Origin: a virus
Lineage: Duplodnaviria > Caudoviricetes
IMG/VR virus record: IMGVR_UViG_3300037310_000065
Location: 1-38,067 of that record
DNA length: 38,067 nt
Reading direction: 5' to 3' (one strand)
Part shown: positions 15,388 through 25,619 of the stretch, piece after piece
Layout of the letters: every line of letters begins with the position of its first letter
How positions within the stretch are numbered: the stretch's first letter is position 1
Program-made: the position numbers and the translations under genes
Notes under the pieces: model-generated
Database searches by the model: none
The model's input: only the letters and a program-made list of their open reading frames with translations
Told to the model about the DNA's origin: nothing

Positions 15388-16008
15388 ATGCCGTATAACG
15401 CGATTTTGGACAATTTCAACCGAGCTGACTCATCGACGCTCGGCGCAAACTGGTCTACGCCGTTTGAGGTCGGCAACGGGTCGCTAGGCATCTCGTCGAA
15501 TCAGGTGATCGGCGCTGCGGCAGCGTTCGCTCAGTCATACTGGAACGTGACTAGGTTCTCGTCAAATCAGGAAGCGTTTATCAGTATCCCCGTGCTGCCG
15601 CTCGTTGGTTCGTACGTCGCGTTATTTATGCGTGTAAATGCGCCCAACACTGCATCAGTCTCGTTTTATTCGTCATACGTCGAACGACTTGCAGGAAATT
15701 GGCAGGTTGGTTTTGCGTATTTGACAGCAGGCGGAACGTATACCGTAGCAAAAACGACCGCGATCAGCGACGTGTTGAGCGGCGCAGTATTTCGCGCGAC
15801 CGTTGTCGATGGCATCGTGAGCGCGTACATCAACAACACGCTACTTGACACATGGGACGGATGGGCGAGCGCATCGACGACGATCACGGGCGGTGGGTTT
15901 ATTGCTCTGGAGCTTAACACGGGCGATATAGTGACACGTCTCGATGACTTCGGCGGTGGCAACGTCCCGCTGATGACAAACGTGTCAATTGCGCGGAGGA
16001 TTCAATGA
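15388..16008 (+). CDS. Putative virion accessory protein (lectin/beta-sandwich-like)
   Basis: DNFNRAD...LDDFGGG termini, beta-rich composition. Confidence 0.55.
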   Translation: MPYNAILDNFNRADSSTLGANWSTPFEVGNGSLGISSNQVIGAAAAFAQSYWNVTRFSSNQEAFISIPVLPLVGSYVALFMRVNAPNTASVSFYSSYVERLAGNWQVGFAYLTAGGTYTVAKTTAISDVLSGAVFRATVVDGIVSAYINNTLLDTWDGWASASTTITGGGFIALELNTGDIVTRLDDFGGGNVPLMTNVSIARRIQ

Positions 16009-16964
16009 AAATACCAAACTCAACGGAAATCGGCGGAAACGTCATCTATCAAGCGCAGGTCGATTCACGCGACATCGACGTTATTACGGCTGCGCTGAAC
16101 GGCGCAGGCGTTATCACTGGCGGCGCGGTGACGGCGCAAACAACGCCGAATATGACCGTTCAGGTCGCGGCGGGGATTGCGTCGCACGTCAGCACGTTGA
16201 TTTCGTTTGCGGCTGTGTCGTCACTTGCGATCACAGCAGCAGACGCAACGAACCCGCGTCGCGATCTTGTCGTAGTCGATACGGCTGGGACAGTGAGCGT
16301 AAAAACTGGCACGCCTGCGGGTATTCCGTTGCTGCCGACGTTCAATTTGACAACTGAGGTTGTTCTCGCTGAAGTCACAGTGCCAGCAAACACGACGAGC
16401 ATTCCATCTACGCATATCGTGGACAAACGGATGACGATTTCGCCGATTGGCACGATAGAACGGCAGCTCACGACGACGACAATCGTCAATTCAGCAGTCG
16501 AGACGGATATTCTGAACAAAACAATTCTCGGCGGGCTGATGGCAACGAATCGAAAAATTCGCGTGACGATTTCAGGAAACGTGCTGAACAACACAGGCGC
16601 AAACACAACGTTTACGCTACGAATTTATTTCGGCGGGACTGTTATCTACAGCGACTCGACATCGAGCGTAGCGACATCTGCAAGCAGGCGTCCGTTTTAC
16701 ATTCAGTTTGAGATACAAAACTCGGGCGCTGCAAATGTGAACAAAATGGGCGGATTGGTGTTGATCGGCGCGGCGGGCGGACTCGCGACGGGTCTCGGCG
16801 ATATAGGCGCGGCTGGGTTGCGCGAATCTCCGATAGCGCATGGCGCGACAGACCTAGCAATTAACACGGCAAATAATCAAATCGTTCGCGTATCTATTCA
16901 GCTATCGACTGCAAATGCGGCGCATGATTTTGTCGCGAAGTATTCAACGATTGAGTTGGTTTAA
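16005..16964 (+). CDS. Putative virion fibre/minor structural protein
   Basis: TPNMTVQVAAG...ADATNPRRDLVV...LAEVTVPA...IVDKR N-domain as in phage minor tail/fibre proteins. Confidence 0.65.
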   Translation: MKIPNSTEIGGNVIYQAQVDSRDIDVITAALNGAGVITGGAVTAQTTPNMTVQVAAGIASHVSTLISFAAVSSLAITAADATNPRRDLVVVDTAGTVSVKTGTPAGIPLLPTFNLTTEVVLAEVTVPANTTSIPSTHIVDKRMTISPIGTIERQLTTTTIVNSAVETDILNKTILGGLMATNRKIRVTISGNVLNNTGANTTFTLRIYFGGTVIYSDSTSSVATSASRRPFYIQFEIQNSGAANVNKMGGLVLIGAAGGLATGLGDIGAAGLRESPIAHGATDLAINTANNQIVRVSIQLSTANAAHDFVAKYSTIELV

Positions 16965-16974
16965 CGAGGGGAAC

Positions 16975-18375
16975 ATGGCAAACAATGCAATCAGACCACT
17001 AGATGAGCGTTCATTTTCTCTGTTTGGTTTCGACGTTGGCGATTCGACAAACATCAGCGCAATTTTGCCGCCTGTCGAAGTCGTCAAAAAACAATCGTAC
17101 AGGTCGAAGGCGCTTTTAATGCGCGCGTTACTCGAAATTTGTCCAGAGGTGGCAGCCGTGTGGTCTGTGTTTTCCGCGCAGATTGCGGCGCACGTTTTGG
17201 ACGTAACAGGTAAAAACACGCGACAACGGTTTCTCGACCTATTTCGCGAAACGGACGAGGGCGACGGATGGCGCGCGTTCGCTCGTCGGTTGTCGCGCGA
17301 TTTGATGTGCGCGGGTTGGTGCGTAGCTGGCAACGAATACGATGGAGCGCGGTTAGTCGATGTGTATCACATCGACGCGATCAACTGTTCGATGAATCTC
17401 GGTCGTGACGCGAGTTATCCGCGCCGTCAATTCCCGCTCGTGTATCGCTCACGAGAAACGCAACCGATTTACCTCGAACGTGGAGACACATTTACCGAGT
17501 CGTGGTGGATTATGGCGATGCCTCGCTCGAAAGACGAGCTGCGCTCGTCGAATGGCGTTATGCCGTCGATGATTCCGTTGTTCGGCGTCTATGACGACAT
17601 TCGTTCGATTTGCATTGGACGTGCAGTCAAACAAGCGGCTGAATCTGGCGACGCGGTGCTCAAACTCGTTTTCACGAATGCACAACCAAACGTGATTCGT
17701 GATTCGGAGCGAACCGCGCGCGTTGAGCGAAGCGGCGATCTCAATAACGGCGTGAACATGTACGCGCAAAGCGTGATGGACACGCTATTCGTTCATACGC
17801 TTGAACCCGCGTCGCTGAATCAGGTCGGCGTACGGACTCCGCCGACTGAAGCTGAGCTTGAATCGCGGTCGCAGAGTTTGAAAATCAAACTATGCAACGT
17901 GTTTGGTCTGAATCCGATGGACGTTGATTCGCGTTTGTCGGGAGCTGGCGGACTCAACGACGGAACGAAAGCAAAAGTTGCGGACGACCTGCGCAGCGGG
18001 CGTTTGGTCGCTGAGTTCGTAAACGCGCTCACAGAAAACATCAACACATGGATTCTGCCGAGCACGCTGCAGGCGTCGTTTACGTTTGACGACCCGCGTG
18101 ACGAACAGCGCAGAATTGCGAACAAAAAACTGCTCGTTGAAACGTATAGCGCGGCGCTTGCAAATGGCGTTCTCGACAAACGTCAGGTCGATCTCGATGC
18201 GAGCTGGGAAGAGGTTTTCGCGCCAAACGTCATCCAGTCTGAATCAGAAATAGCGACGACGACAGTTCTCGAAAATCCAGCAGCAACCGAGAGCAACGAG
18301 ACTCCATCGGATGACATCGCAAAAAACATCGCTGATGACGACGACGATGTAGTCGTCGAATACGAGTATGTTTGA
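16975..18375 (+). CDS. Portal protein (probable)
   Basis: About 467 aa; position after terL; acidic tail; FGLNP and ASFTFDDPRDEQ patterns; GAGG RBS. Confidence 0.7.
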   Translation: MANNAIRPLDERSFSLFGFDVGDSTNISAILPPVEVVKKQSYRSKALLMRALLEICPEVAAVWSVFSAQIAAHVLDVTGKNTRQRFLDLFRETDEGDGWRAFARRLSRDLMCAGWCVAGNEYDGARLVDVYHIDAINCSMNLGRDASYPRRQFPLVYRSRETQPIYLERGDTFTESWWIMAMPRSKDELRSSNGVMPSMIPLFGVYDDIRSICIGRAVKQAAESGDAVLKLVFTNAQPNVIRDSERTARVERSGDLNNGVNMYAQSVMDTLFVHTLEPASLNQVGVRTPPTEAELESRSQSLKIKLCNVFGLNPMDVDSRLSGAGGLNDGTKAKVADDLRSGRLVAEFVNALTENINTWILPSTLQASFTFDDPRDEQRRIANKKLLVETYSAALANGVLDKRQVDLDASWEEVFAPNVIQSESEIATTTVLENPAATESNETPSDDIAKNIADDDDDVVVEYEYV

Positions 18376-18985
18376 TTCACTGTCTAACCTGTTTGCGAAA
18401 GCGCGTGTCGAACTTGTCACGTTTCGTCCGCATATCGAGGACGAGGACACGCGCGAGCAAACAGTCAGAAAAATCCGCGCGGTCGAGAAATTATTGCGCG
18501 AATACGGCGAGCTTCTCGTCGATGCGTGTAAACGCGAATGCCCTGTTCGGTCGGGCAACATGCGCGATTCGATCAGATACCGAATCGAAAACAGAGATTC
18601 CGTGCTACTAAAACTTGTCGTGAGTGCAGGCAATAGCGAATCGCGCGAGGTCGCAATTCGCAGCGTGTTGTTTGGACGGCGTGGATTCAAGCCGAAACGC
18701 GCTCGCGCGTTGCGTTTCGTGACGCGAGACGGGCGTGTGATCTATACCGCGCGTGTGCGTGGCACGTTGGCGAATGATTGGTTTGCTCGCGCGTGGAACG
18801 CAACCGCGAATGCGCGGCGCACGTTGGCGCGACGGATTGGTGATTTATCTCCTCGCAAAATCGCGCAGTCTGATGTGCCGCTGAAAAACGCGCCGAATAT
18901 CGCAGGATATAAACCAAATAACCCAAGAGTTATCCCAAACACACGGCGAAACATTCGCAGAAATCAGGTTTTCAGGAGTCGGTGA
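18368..18985 (+). CDS. HK97 gp10-like head/tail component
   Basis: ECPVRSGNMRDSI...PKRARALRF...VRGT..NDW. Confidence 0.7.
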   Translation: MFDSLSNLFAKARVELVTFRPHIEDEDTREQTVRKIRAVEKLLREYGELLVDACKRECPVRSGNMRDSIRYRIENRDSVLLKLVVSAGNSESREVAIRSVLFGRRGFKPKRARALRFVTRDGRVIYTARVRGTLANDWFARAWNATANARRTLARRIGDLSPRKIAQSDVPLKNAPNIAGYKPNNPRVIPNTRRNIRRNQVFRSR

Positions 18986-18986
18986 A

Positions 18987-19466
18987 ATGGCGCGAATCGA
19001 AATAAAAATCGACAAACGTTTCCGCGACACGCAAACGCGAATCAATCGCGCGTTGCGCGAGGCGCGTGATGAGCTGGCGACCGAAACACGCGAGATGCAT
19101 CTCGCGACTGTCGCGACGTGGGATCACAAACCGAATTTCACGGTCAAAAAATATAAAAACGGGTTCGAGATTCGCGTGACGGGTGTGAACGCAAAAATAT
19201 GGCGCTTTGTGTCTGACGGCACGCGCGCGCATTTCATTCGTCCGCGTCGCGCAAAACGGCTACGTTTTCAGTCGAGCTATTCGGCGAAAACAGAGCCAAA
19301 CGTGATCGGGTCGAGCGCAGGCGGAGCGTTTGGCGCGAACGTGTTCGCGGCACAGGTGAGACATCCCGGTACGCGCGCGCGCAATTTCGAGAAAATCATC
19401 AGCAGCGACGCGCGAGAAATAGCGAAACGCATCTACCGCGAGAAACTGCGGGAGCTGCGCAAATAA
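18987..19466 (+). CDS. Second HK97 gp10-like protein
   Basis: DGTRAHFIRPRRAKRLRF...VRHPGTRARNF. Confidence 0.7.
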   Translation: MARIEIKIDKRFRDTQTRINRALREARDELATETREMHLATVATWDHKPNFTVKKYKNGFEIRVTGVNAKIWRFVSDGTRAHFIRPRRAKRLRFQSSYSAKTEPNVIGSSAGGAFGANVFAAQVRHPGTRARNFEKIISSDAREIAKRIYREKLRELRK

Positions 19467-19472
19467 CCAACC

Positions 19473-19694
19473 ATGCACACGACATTTAATATCGTTGACT
19501 CGTTGAAACTCATCATCACTCACGTTGGAATGATGGCGACCGCGACGCAGAACCGTCAAATTATGCTCGCGGTTCGTCAAGCGCTAATCGTTCAAGCAGA
19601 CGAGATCGGCAAACGTTGCGCGGTGCGGCGTAGCGTGACGGGCGTGCCGTCAGATGAAAAACAAAGCGTCGAAGTTCATTCGGTTGTGGTATAG
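19473..19694 (+). CDS. Hypothetical protein
   Basis: 73-aa ORF filling the gap in the operon. Confidence 0.55.
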   Translation: MHTTFNIVDSLKLIITHVGMMATATQNRQIMLAVRQALIVQADEIGKRCAVRRSVTGVPSDEKQSVEVHSVVV

Positions 19695-19759
19695 TCGCAG
19701 CAGTCAATCTAATATCGCTGAGCGCGCGCCGCGCGACTCGGTGGCGGTGAGGGAAATCT

Positions 19760-19795
19760 AGCCCGACACAAATAAATGTGTCGGGCTTTTTGTTT
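19760..19795 (+). terminator. Intrinsic terminator/attenuator before the capsid genes
   Basis: AGCCCGACACA-aataaa-TGTGTCGGGCT followed by TTTTGTTT. Confidence 0.8.
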
Positions 19796-19799
19796 GTCT

Positions 19800-20627
19800 A
19801 TGGCGAAACTAACACTAGATGCAATTGCTAAGCGCGTTATCGAAATGCTGGATCAACGCGCGAAAGCTGCGTCGCCGCGTGGCGAAATGTCGTCTGCCGA
19901 TTTGCGTGACGAGTTGCTGAAAATTGCGAACACACTAGACCGAGAGGTTTCGTATGTCATGGACGTGTTTTCAAACACGTTTGTCGTCCATGAAAATCTT
20001 GACACTGCTGCACCGAAATTTTACGAGATTGAATACACGATCAATGAGAACGGCGAAGTCGGCATTGGCAAGCGCGATACGTGGCGTGAGGTCAGGCAAG
20101 TCACGCGATATGAATATGCCGATTCGCAAAACGCCAGCATCGTGTTTTCTAAAAGTGCAAAAGGGACTTTGTTTATCGGCGTCGCGTCGGGCGCGTATCT
20201 CGACAACGACACGCCGCGCGAACGATTCAAGGCAGCCGCGCTGCGCGATTTCGCTGAGCGATTCGCACAAAACGGCTACACACGTATCGACGGATCGGGT
20301 GAAAAAATAACTCTTGACTGGGCGCATCAGGGTTTTCGCTCGAACAAAAATCCCAACGCAGACGAGCGACAAAAAATCATTCTCGGACACATCGAAGGTG
20401 CGACGTACGAAAACAATCATCTCGTTGTCGCGTTCAGATTTAACGACGAGCAGGATGCGCAAAACTTCTCGAAGGTCGCAAGCGATTTTGCGCTTTCTCT
20501 ATATTGGTCTGATTCGCAGCCAAACGCTGACGGCGAATACGAGACAGCACCAAACATTCAAAGCGTCGCGCTACTACCGCGCGGCTATCAAGCGTACCCA
20601 TATTCAAGTGTGACGGAGGTCAAATAA
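19800..20627 (+). CDS. Prohead protease (probable)
   Basis: FIGVAS..YLD...ERF...LDWAH...ILGHI...LSL...SVALLP in HK97-type protease order; upstream of scaffold and capsid. Confidence 0.6.
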   Translation: MAKLTLDAIAKRVIEMLDQRAKAASPRGEMSSADLRDELLKIANTLDREVSYVMDVFSNTFVVHENLDTAAPKFYEIEYTINENGEVGIGKRDTWREVRQVTRYEYADSQNASIVFSKSAKGTLFIGVASGAYLDNDTPRERFKAAALRDFAERFAQNGYTRIDGSGEKITLDWAHQGFRSNKNPNADERQKIILGHIEGATYENNHLVVAFRFNDEQDAQNFSKVASDFALSLYWSDSQPNADGEYETAPNIQSVALLPRGYQAYPYSSVTEVK

Positions 20628-20629
20628 CC

Positions 20630-21124
20630 ATGAACCTATCAGAGATTTTTAGAAAAACGTTTGGTCGCGCTGCAGAGACTGTAGCGACTGAACAATCGCA
20701 GGTCGCGGCAGAACAAGCGGCAGCGACAGGTGATGTGGCGAAAAGCGCCGAAGTTGTCGACGTGATTGCTGATACGCAACCGCAAAACGACTCGGCATCA
20801 ATTCATGATTTAGCAAACGCTATCGAAACTGCGTTTGCAAAATTAGATGAACGATTTGCGGCGATTGAATCGAGTCTGAACGCAACGCAGGAAGCGCAAG
20901 CAAAGTCACGCGATGACGCGGCTGCATTGCGTGAATCGTGGCTGAAAGATGCAGAGGCAAACGCGCAATCGCTGATCGAAAAGTGGGCGGGTGAAAACTC
21001 GCCGCGCGGCGGGAAATCACACGGTCGAGCGACCGAAACGCCGCGTGATGATTCTCAGAAGCAAAAAACAAATGATGATTTGCTCGCGGACAACGCCAGC
21101 GCGTTGTTTGCGACGAAGGAATAA
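20630..21124 (+). CDS. Scaffolding protein (probable)
   Basis: Acidic Ala/Glu/Gln coiled-coil between protease and capsid genes. Confidence 0.6.
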   Translation: MNLSEIFRKTFGRAAETVATEQSQVAAEQAAATGDVAKSAEVVDVIADTQPQNDSASIHDLANAIETAFAKLDERFAAIESSLNATQEAQAKSRDDAAALRESWLKDAEANAQSLIEKWAGENSPRGGKSHGRATETPRDDSQKQKTNDDLLADNASALFATKE

Positions 21125-21130
21125 CCAAAC

Positions 21131-22459
21131 ATGGCACAACAATTGCCTAGCGCGATCTACGGCACGTACTGTAGCCCAGACACGCGCTTTATCTCTTTGA
21201 TGAATTTGCAGATCAACAGCGCGGCGCAACTATTGCGTTCGCGCGTTGTGAACCGTGAACCCGTCGCGCCTGAGGTTTACGTCAAAATCGACACGTCGGT
21301 AACTCCGACATGCACGGCAGACGGTTGCATCCGCGGCGAGACACCGCGACCGTTCGTGAAATGCGATCAAGCGCCCGTCATCCCGTTTGGTTTGATTTCT
21401 GTTCACTCTGAATCGGTTGATTTCACGACGGTGACAAACGTCAATGATGCGTGCGCACGCGCGATCATGGATTTCCGCTACAACAAAATCATTCCGAGCG
21501 GCGCGCCAGAAGCGCTTTTCGCGCCGTTGCTCAATGCAGGCGAAGGTCGCGAAACTGAAATGCAATTCGCGCAACGCTTCGTTCTGTGGCAGCTCGCGGT
21601 TCGCTTCCACGAGCGGATGATCAATCTGACGCAGCTCGGAAACGCGACCGATCCATCGACAAACTGCTACAAACCGTTCAACGGTTACAGCCTGCTTTTG
21701 TCGAGCGACTCCGCGATTTATCCGTGTGTGGCAAACGCTGCATTTGGTGCGGACGCTGCGCCGTTCGTTCAGTTCTCGAACGTTGACGCAACAGGTTTTC
21801 TTTGCGCGTCTCCTTCGAGCGTCACACCAACAGAAGCAGAAATTGCACAATCTGCCGCCGCGTTCTACTCGAAGATCGCAGAGTTTTATCTCTGCTGGAA
21901 GGTACGCGCTCAAAAATGGGGATTGAACGCAGCACAAACGCCCGCGACGATTGCAATCCCCGCGAACGTGTATCACGAGTTCATTCGCGCGTTTCTTGTT
22001 GGACGACTCACGTTCAATCGCGTGAATTTCATGACCGCTGATCAGGCGGGTCAGATCGAAAATGCGCTTGCAAGCGGAGTCATCAACATTCTCGGTGATA
22101 CGGTCAACGTGATCGCAGACCAAACGCTGACGACGACGGCAAATGCTCTCGTTGGCGCGCCCGCGAACTCGGTTCTCGCGGACATGCAAATCCACCCTGC
22201 AGGCGTTACGCAGGTCGGCGACGCAGCGTGGTTTGAGTTCTACGGATACGATGCAGACGGTGCGAACAGAAACACGAGCGTTCTTGAGGTTGAAAACGTC
22301 GAAGGGCATCGTCTCGGACGATTCCGCGTGACAAAAATCGAGACAGGCGCATGCACATCGTGGGCGATTGAAGCGCGACCGCGTTTGCGTCTGAACATCC
22401 CGCCGTTGTTCGGGAAGCTGCGCAATCTTTGTTTCAAGTCGATCTCTTGCAGTCTGTAA
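21131..22459 (+). CDS. Major capsid protein (probable)
   Basis: 442 aa, AAGGA RBS, follows the scaffold; PFNGY and RPRLRL..P.LFGKLRNL end motifs; Cys-rich. Confidence 0.7.
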   Translation: MAQQLPSAIYGTYCSPDTRFISLMNLQINSAAQLLRSRVVNREPVAPEVYVKIDTSVTPTCTADGCIRGETPRPFVKCDQAPVIPFGLISVHSESVDFTTVTNVNDACARAIMDFRYNKIIPSGAPEALFAPLLNAGEGRETEMQFAQRFVLWQLAVRFHERMINLTQLGNATDPSTNCYKPFNGYSLLLSSDSAIYPCVANAAFGADAAPFVQFSNVDATGFLCASPSSVTPTEAEIAQSAAAFYSKIAEFYLCWKVRAQKWGLNAAQTPATIAIPANVYHEFIRAFLVGRLTFNRVNFMTADQAGQIENALASGVINILGDTVNVIADQTLTTTANALVGAPANSVLADMQIHPAGVTQVGDAAWFEFYGYDADGANRNTSVLEVENVEGHRLGRFRVTKIETGACTSWAIEARPRLRLNIPPLFGKLRNLCFKSISCSL

Positions 22460-22465
22460 TTTGAC

Positions 22466-22924
22466 ATGGGTTGCTCATCATGTGGTCAATCGAGCGCGGC
22501 GATAGCGTCGCGCTCGATGACAAACCAAACGAACATGCAAAACAAAATTTTGCTGCGATATGAGGGCGCGTTTGATGCGCCGATTCCGATTCTCTCGGGT
22601 ACGTATCGCGCAGGACGTGAGACGCCATACCGTGAGATCGCGGTCGATTTCGATCATGCGATTCTGTTGGTGCGACGCAACGAGAACGCGCGGACGCCAG
22701 ACACGCAGCATGACGCGGGTCGCTCTGGTCGCGTGTTTCTCGTCGTCAATCGCGCTGACGCGCAAGCGTTGCTCGACACTAATCAGGTTGACGCATCGTC
22801 AGTAGATGAGATTCTCGTCATGCAGCCGACATCGGCGCAGGTAGTAGAGCAAAGCGCGGATGAACCAGACATTGACGCAAAGCCGCGCAAGGGTACTAAG
22901 TCGAAAAGATCCAGCGATGACTAG
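22466..22924 (+). CDS. Hypothetical virion-module protein with N-terminal CxxC
   Basis: MGCSSCGQ start. Confidence 0.6.
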   Translation: MGCSSCGQSSAAIASRSMTNQTNMQNKILLRYEGAFDAPIPILSGTYRAGRETPYREIAVDFDHAILLVRRNENARTPDTQHDAGRSGRVFLVVNRADAQALLDTNQVDASSVDEILVMQPTSAQVVEQSADEPDIDAKPRKGTKSKRSSDD

Positions 22925-23300
22925 CGAAATGTGGTTGATTGTGTTCGTTCTCGCGTCGTTTCGCGTGAGTTACGCGATTGCAATCGAGCGCGGTTTTTTT
23001 GATGTGTTTGCGCGGTTTCGACGTGCTGTTCGTCAAGCGTTTCCAGTCGCGGACGACCGCGATTGGGATGCGCTGAGCGCAAACGACATGAACGATGACG
23101 GCACAACGTTTCGGCATTGGATCACTGCAGGCGTTGTATGCCCGTCATGCGTCGGAGTGTGGACATCGCTTGTGTTCTCGTTGTTTTTTCTTGTGACTGA
23201 GAACACGGATGCGTTTTTTCTAGCGTGGTCGATTCGTTCGATTGCGTTGTGGTTTGCGATGAGCGGCGTAGTGAGTCTGCTCAGTCGCGCAATGAGGTAA
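22917..23300 (+). CDS. DUF1360-like membrane protein with CxxC
   Basis: LASFRVS...GFFDVFARFR...CPSCVGVW followed by TM segments. Confidence 0.7.
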   Translation: MTSEMWLIVFVLASFRVSYAIAIERGFFDVFARFRRAVRQAFPVADDRDWDALSANDMNDDGTTFRHWITAGVVCPSCVGVWTSLVFSLFFLVTENTDAFFLAWSIRSIALWFAMSGVVSLLSRAMR

Positions 23301-23303
23301 CAA

Positions 23304-23942
23304 ATGGGTATCTGGTCGATGACTGACTATCTCGCAAACGCGCTTCTCAATCACGTTTTGCGAAACACTACATACACGTCGCCAGCAGCGAACTTATGGC
23401 TTGCGTTGACGAGCGACAACACGACCGACGCGGGGGGGGGGACTGAAATCACGGGCAACGGATACGCTCGCGTTCAGATCGGCAACAACTGGGGCGCGCC
23501 TGCGAGCGGCGTGACGAGCAACAACACAAACCTAGCGTTTGCGTCTGCGTCACCTTCGGGGTATTCCATTATTGGAATGAAAATAATGGACGCATCAACG
23601 GGCGGCAATGCGTTGTTTCATCGCTGGCTCGGTGTCGGACATGTGATTTTCACCGCGAAAGCTGCGGACGATACGTTTACGTCGCATGGACACGGATTGG
23701 TTAATAACGACTCCGTGATCTTGAAAGGGTCATCGCTGCCCGCTGGCGCGTCTGCCGATACGCAGTATTTCGTTGTTGGTGCAACGACAGACACGTTTCA
23801 GCTTTCGACAACGTTAGGCGGAAGCGCGATCAACTTGACGGGCAACGGGCAGGGGTTCGCGCACAAGGTCGTGCCGCGCACGCTTTTAGCTGGCGACAAC
23901 GTGAAATTCGATTCAGGCAGCATCACCGTTACGCTCGACTAA
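23304..23942 (+). CDS. Virion structural protein (tail-fibre-associated family)
   Basis: MTDYLANALLNHVLR...EITGNGYARVQI...DASTGGNAL, with an inserted HGHGL beta module. Confidence 0.7.
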   Translation: MGIWSMTDYLANALLNHVLRNTTYTSPAANLWLALTSDNTTDAGGGTEITGNGYARVQIGNNWGAPASGVTSNNTNLAFASASPSGYSIIGMKIMDASTGGNALFHRWLGVGHVIFTAKAADDTFTSHGHGLVNNDSVILKGSSLPAGASADTQYFVVGATTDTFQLSTTLGGSAINLTGNGQGFAHKVVPRTLLAGDNVKFDSGSITVTLD

Positions 23943-23944
23943 AC

Positions 23945-25075
23945 GTGGCATGTTTCATTTGTGGTCGAAGTTACGCGGGGAGCGTTGATGTTTTAAAAGG
24001 CTCGACGCTGATCTCTGCAAGCATCGTGGCAGCGTCGGGCATAGACGCAAACGGGACGGTGCAGTTAGGCGGAGGCGGGGGAACGCAGTATGACGGCAGT
24101 GCCGAGTTAGTTTGCGCGACGAGTGTAGCGTTGTTGGCGAGCGTCGAGCATGGCGGAGTTGTTGAGGTTCGATGCGCGACAACAGAGGACGCAAACGGTG
24201 TCGCCGAACGAGCGTGTTTATCGCAGCTAACCAGCGCGTCCGATTTGCAGATTAACAATCGAATATCCGTTGGTGCAATCGTTGAGCTAGTCGGTTCGAC
24301 TGACTTGTCGATCAACTACTCGGTCAGCGTCGGAGCATTCGCACGGTTTGAGAGCGCGACAGATGAGAGCGTGACAACAATCGTCAGCTTTGCAGGAGTC
24401 GCGGCGTGTGTCTCAACGAGCGACGAAACACTGAACGGCAATGTTTCGTGTTCGTTGAGCGCGGTAATTCTATCCGCGACGGATGAAAGCATCGGCGCAG
24501 GAATTGTGACATACGCAGCCGTTCACGTCGAGTCGTCTACTGACGCAGGCATAGGCGCAAGCGCACAACACGCGCTCACTGTCGCATACGACAGCGCAAC
24601 CGTTTCGACGAGTGACGCGACGCTCGCGTTGTTTGCACAAGCGCAGCTAGACAGCGCGACAAATCTAAACGCAGCCGCGAATCAGTCGATTGCAGTCACG
24701 TCGAGCGGCGACATAGTTGCTCGGTCTGATCTCGGCGCGAATGGTTCGGTAAGCGTCGCGTCATACGCAGGATTGCAGTCTGCGACAGAGACGATATGCG
24801 CGATGGTGTTTGGCGTCGCGCTTACCGCGAGTTTTGTCAGTGCGTCCGACGAAACGGCGCATGCGAATCTAGCGATTGCGAGTAGATCGGACGTTCAAAG
24901 CAATGGTAGCGGGAGTTTTATCGCAAGTTTGAGTATTGGGTCAACAGTGTTAGTAGAGGTGAAAACAACACTGAACGCGCTCGGTGTGATCGGAGTGATT
25001 CAAGCACTGGTCGGCGCAAGGTGGGTGTTGATACCGAAACAGCGTATGACGAGTGGACAGCATAGGCAACCATGA
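23945..25075 (+). CDS. Repetitive Ala/Ser/Val-rich fibre-like protein
   Basis: SAT(D/E) motifs recurring at about 20-aa spacing. Confidence 0.6.
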   Translation: MACFICGRSYAGSVDVLKGSTLISASIVAASGIDANGTVQLGGGGGTQYDGSAELVCATSVALLASVEHGGVVEVRCATTEDANGVAERACLSQLTSASDLQINNRISVGAIVELVGSTDLSINYSVSVGAFARFESATDESVTTIVSFAGVAACVSTSDETLNGNVSCSLSAVILSATDESIGAGIVTYAAVHVESSTDAGIGASAQHALTVAYDSATVSTSDATLALFAQAQLDSATNLNAAANQSIAVTSSGDIVARSDLGANGSVSVASYAGLQSATETICAMVFGVALTASFVSASDETAHANLAIASRSDVQSNGSGSFIASLSIGSTVLVEVKTTLNALGVIGVIQALVGARWVLIPKQRMTSGQHRQP

Positions 25076-25617
25076 GCATTTATCCGCCGCGCAAAAATCG
25101 CGCGTATGAGTTCTACATATCGCTTGTCGATCAGGGCGATGCGCGCAAATTTCGCGTATCGCCAACGATTGCCGTAGGCGATTTTCGTATACAGAAAGAC
25201 GGCGGAGCGTTCGCGAATTTGACGACGCTACCGACGATTGACCCTAACGACAGCGTGAGTTTGCGCGTCCAACTCAGCGCAGCGGAAATGAACGCGGACA
25301 ACGTATACGTGACTGCGCGCGATGTTGCAGGCGCGGAATGGTGCGATTTCGGCATCAACATTCAAACCGTCGCAGAGACGAGCGGCGGCGGGGCGCTGAT
25401 GTTCGTTTACACGTTGACGAATCAGCTTGATTCGACGCCGATTGCAGATGCAGACGTGTGGGTATCTACGGATTCTGCGGGTGTGAACGTCGTCGCGTCG
25501 GGACGAACCGACGCATTTGGAAACGTGACGTTTTATCTTGACGCAGGCACGTACTACCTGTGGCGTCAAAAAACAGGATGGAATTTTGTCAATCCAGACA
25601 TTGAAACAGTGAGTTAG
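25072..25617 (+). CDS. Virion protein with a C-terminal transthyretin/carboxypeptidase-regulatory-like domain
   Basis: PIADADVWV...GRTDAFGNVTFYLDAGTYYLWRQKTG. Confidence 0.65.
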   Translation: MSIYPPRKNRAYEFYISLVDQGDARKFRVSPTIAVGDFRIQKDGGAFANLTTLPTIDPNDSVSLRVQLSAAEMNADNVYVTARDVAGAEWCDFGINIQTVAETSGGGALMFVYTLTNQLDSTPIADADVWVSTDSAGVNVVASGRTDAFGNVTFYLDAGTYYLWRQKTGWNFVNPDIETVS

Positions 25618-25619
25618 AT

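Noticed and set aside
21230-22309. 359-aa minus-strand ORF
   Set aside because: Lies wholly antisense to the capsid gene, has no RBS or recognisable motif; shadow ORF
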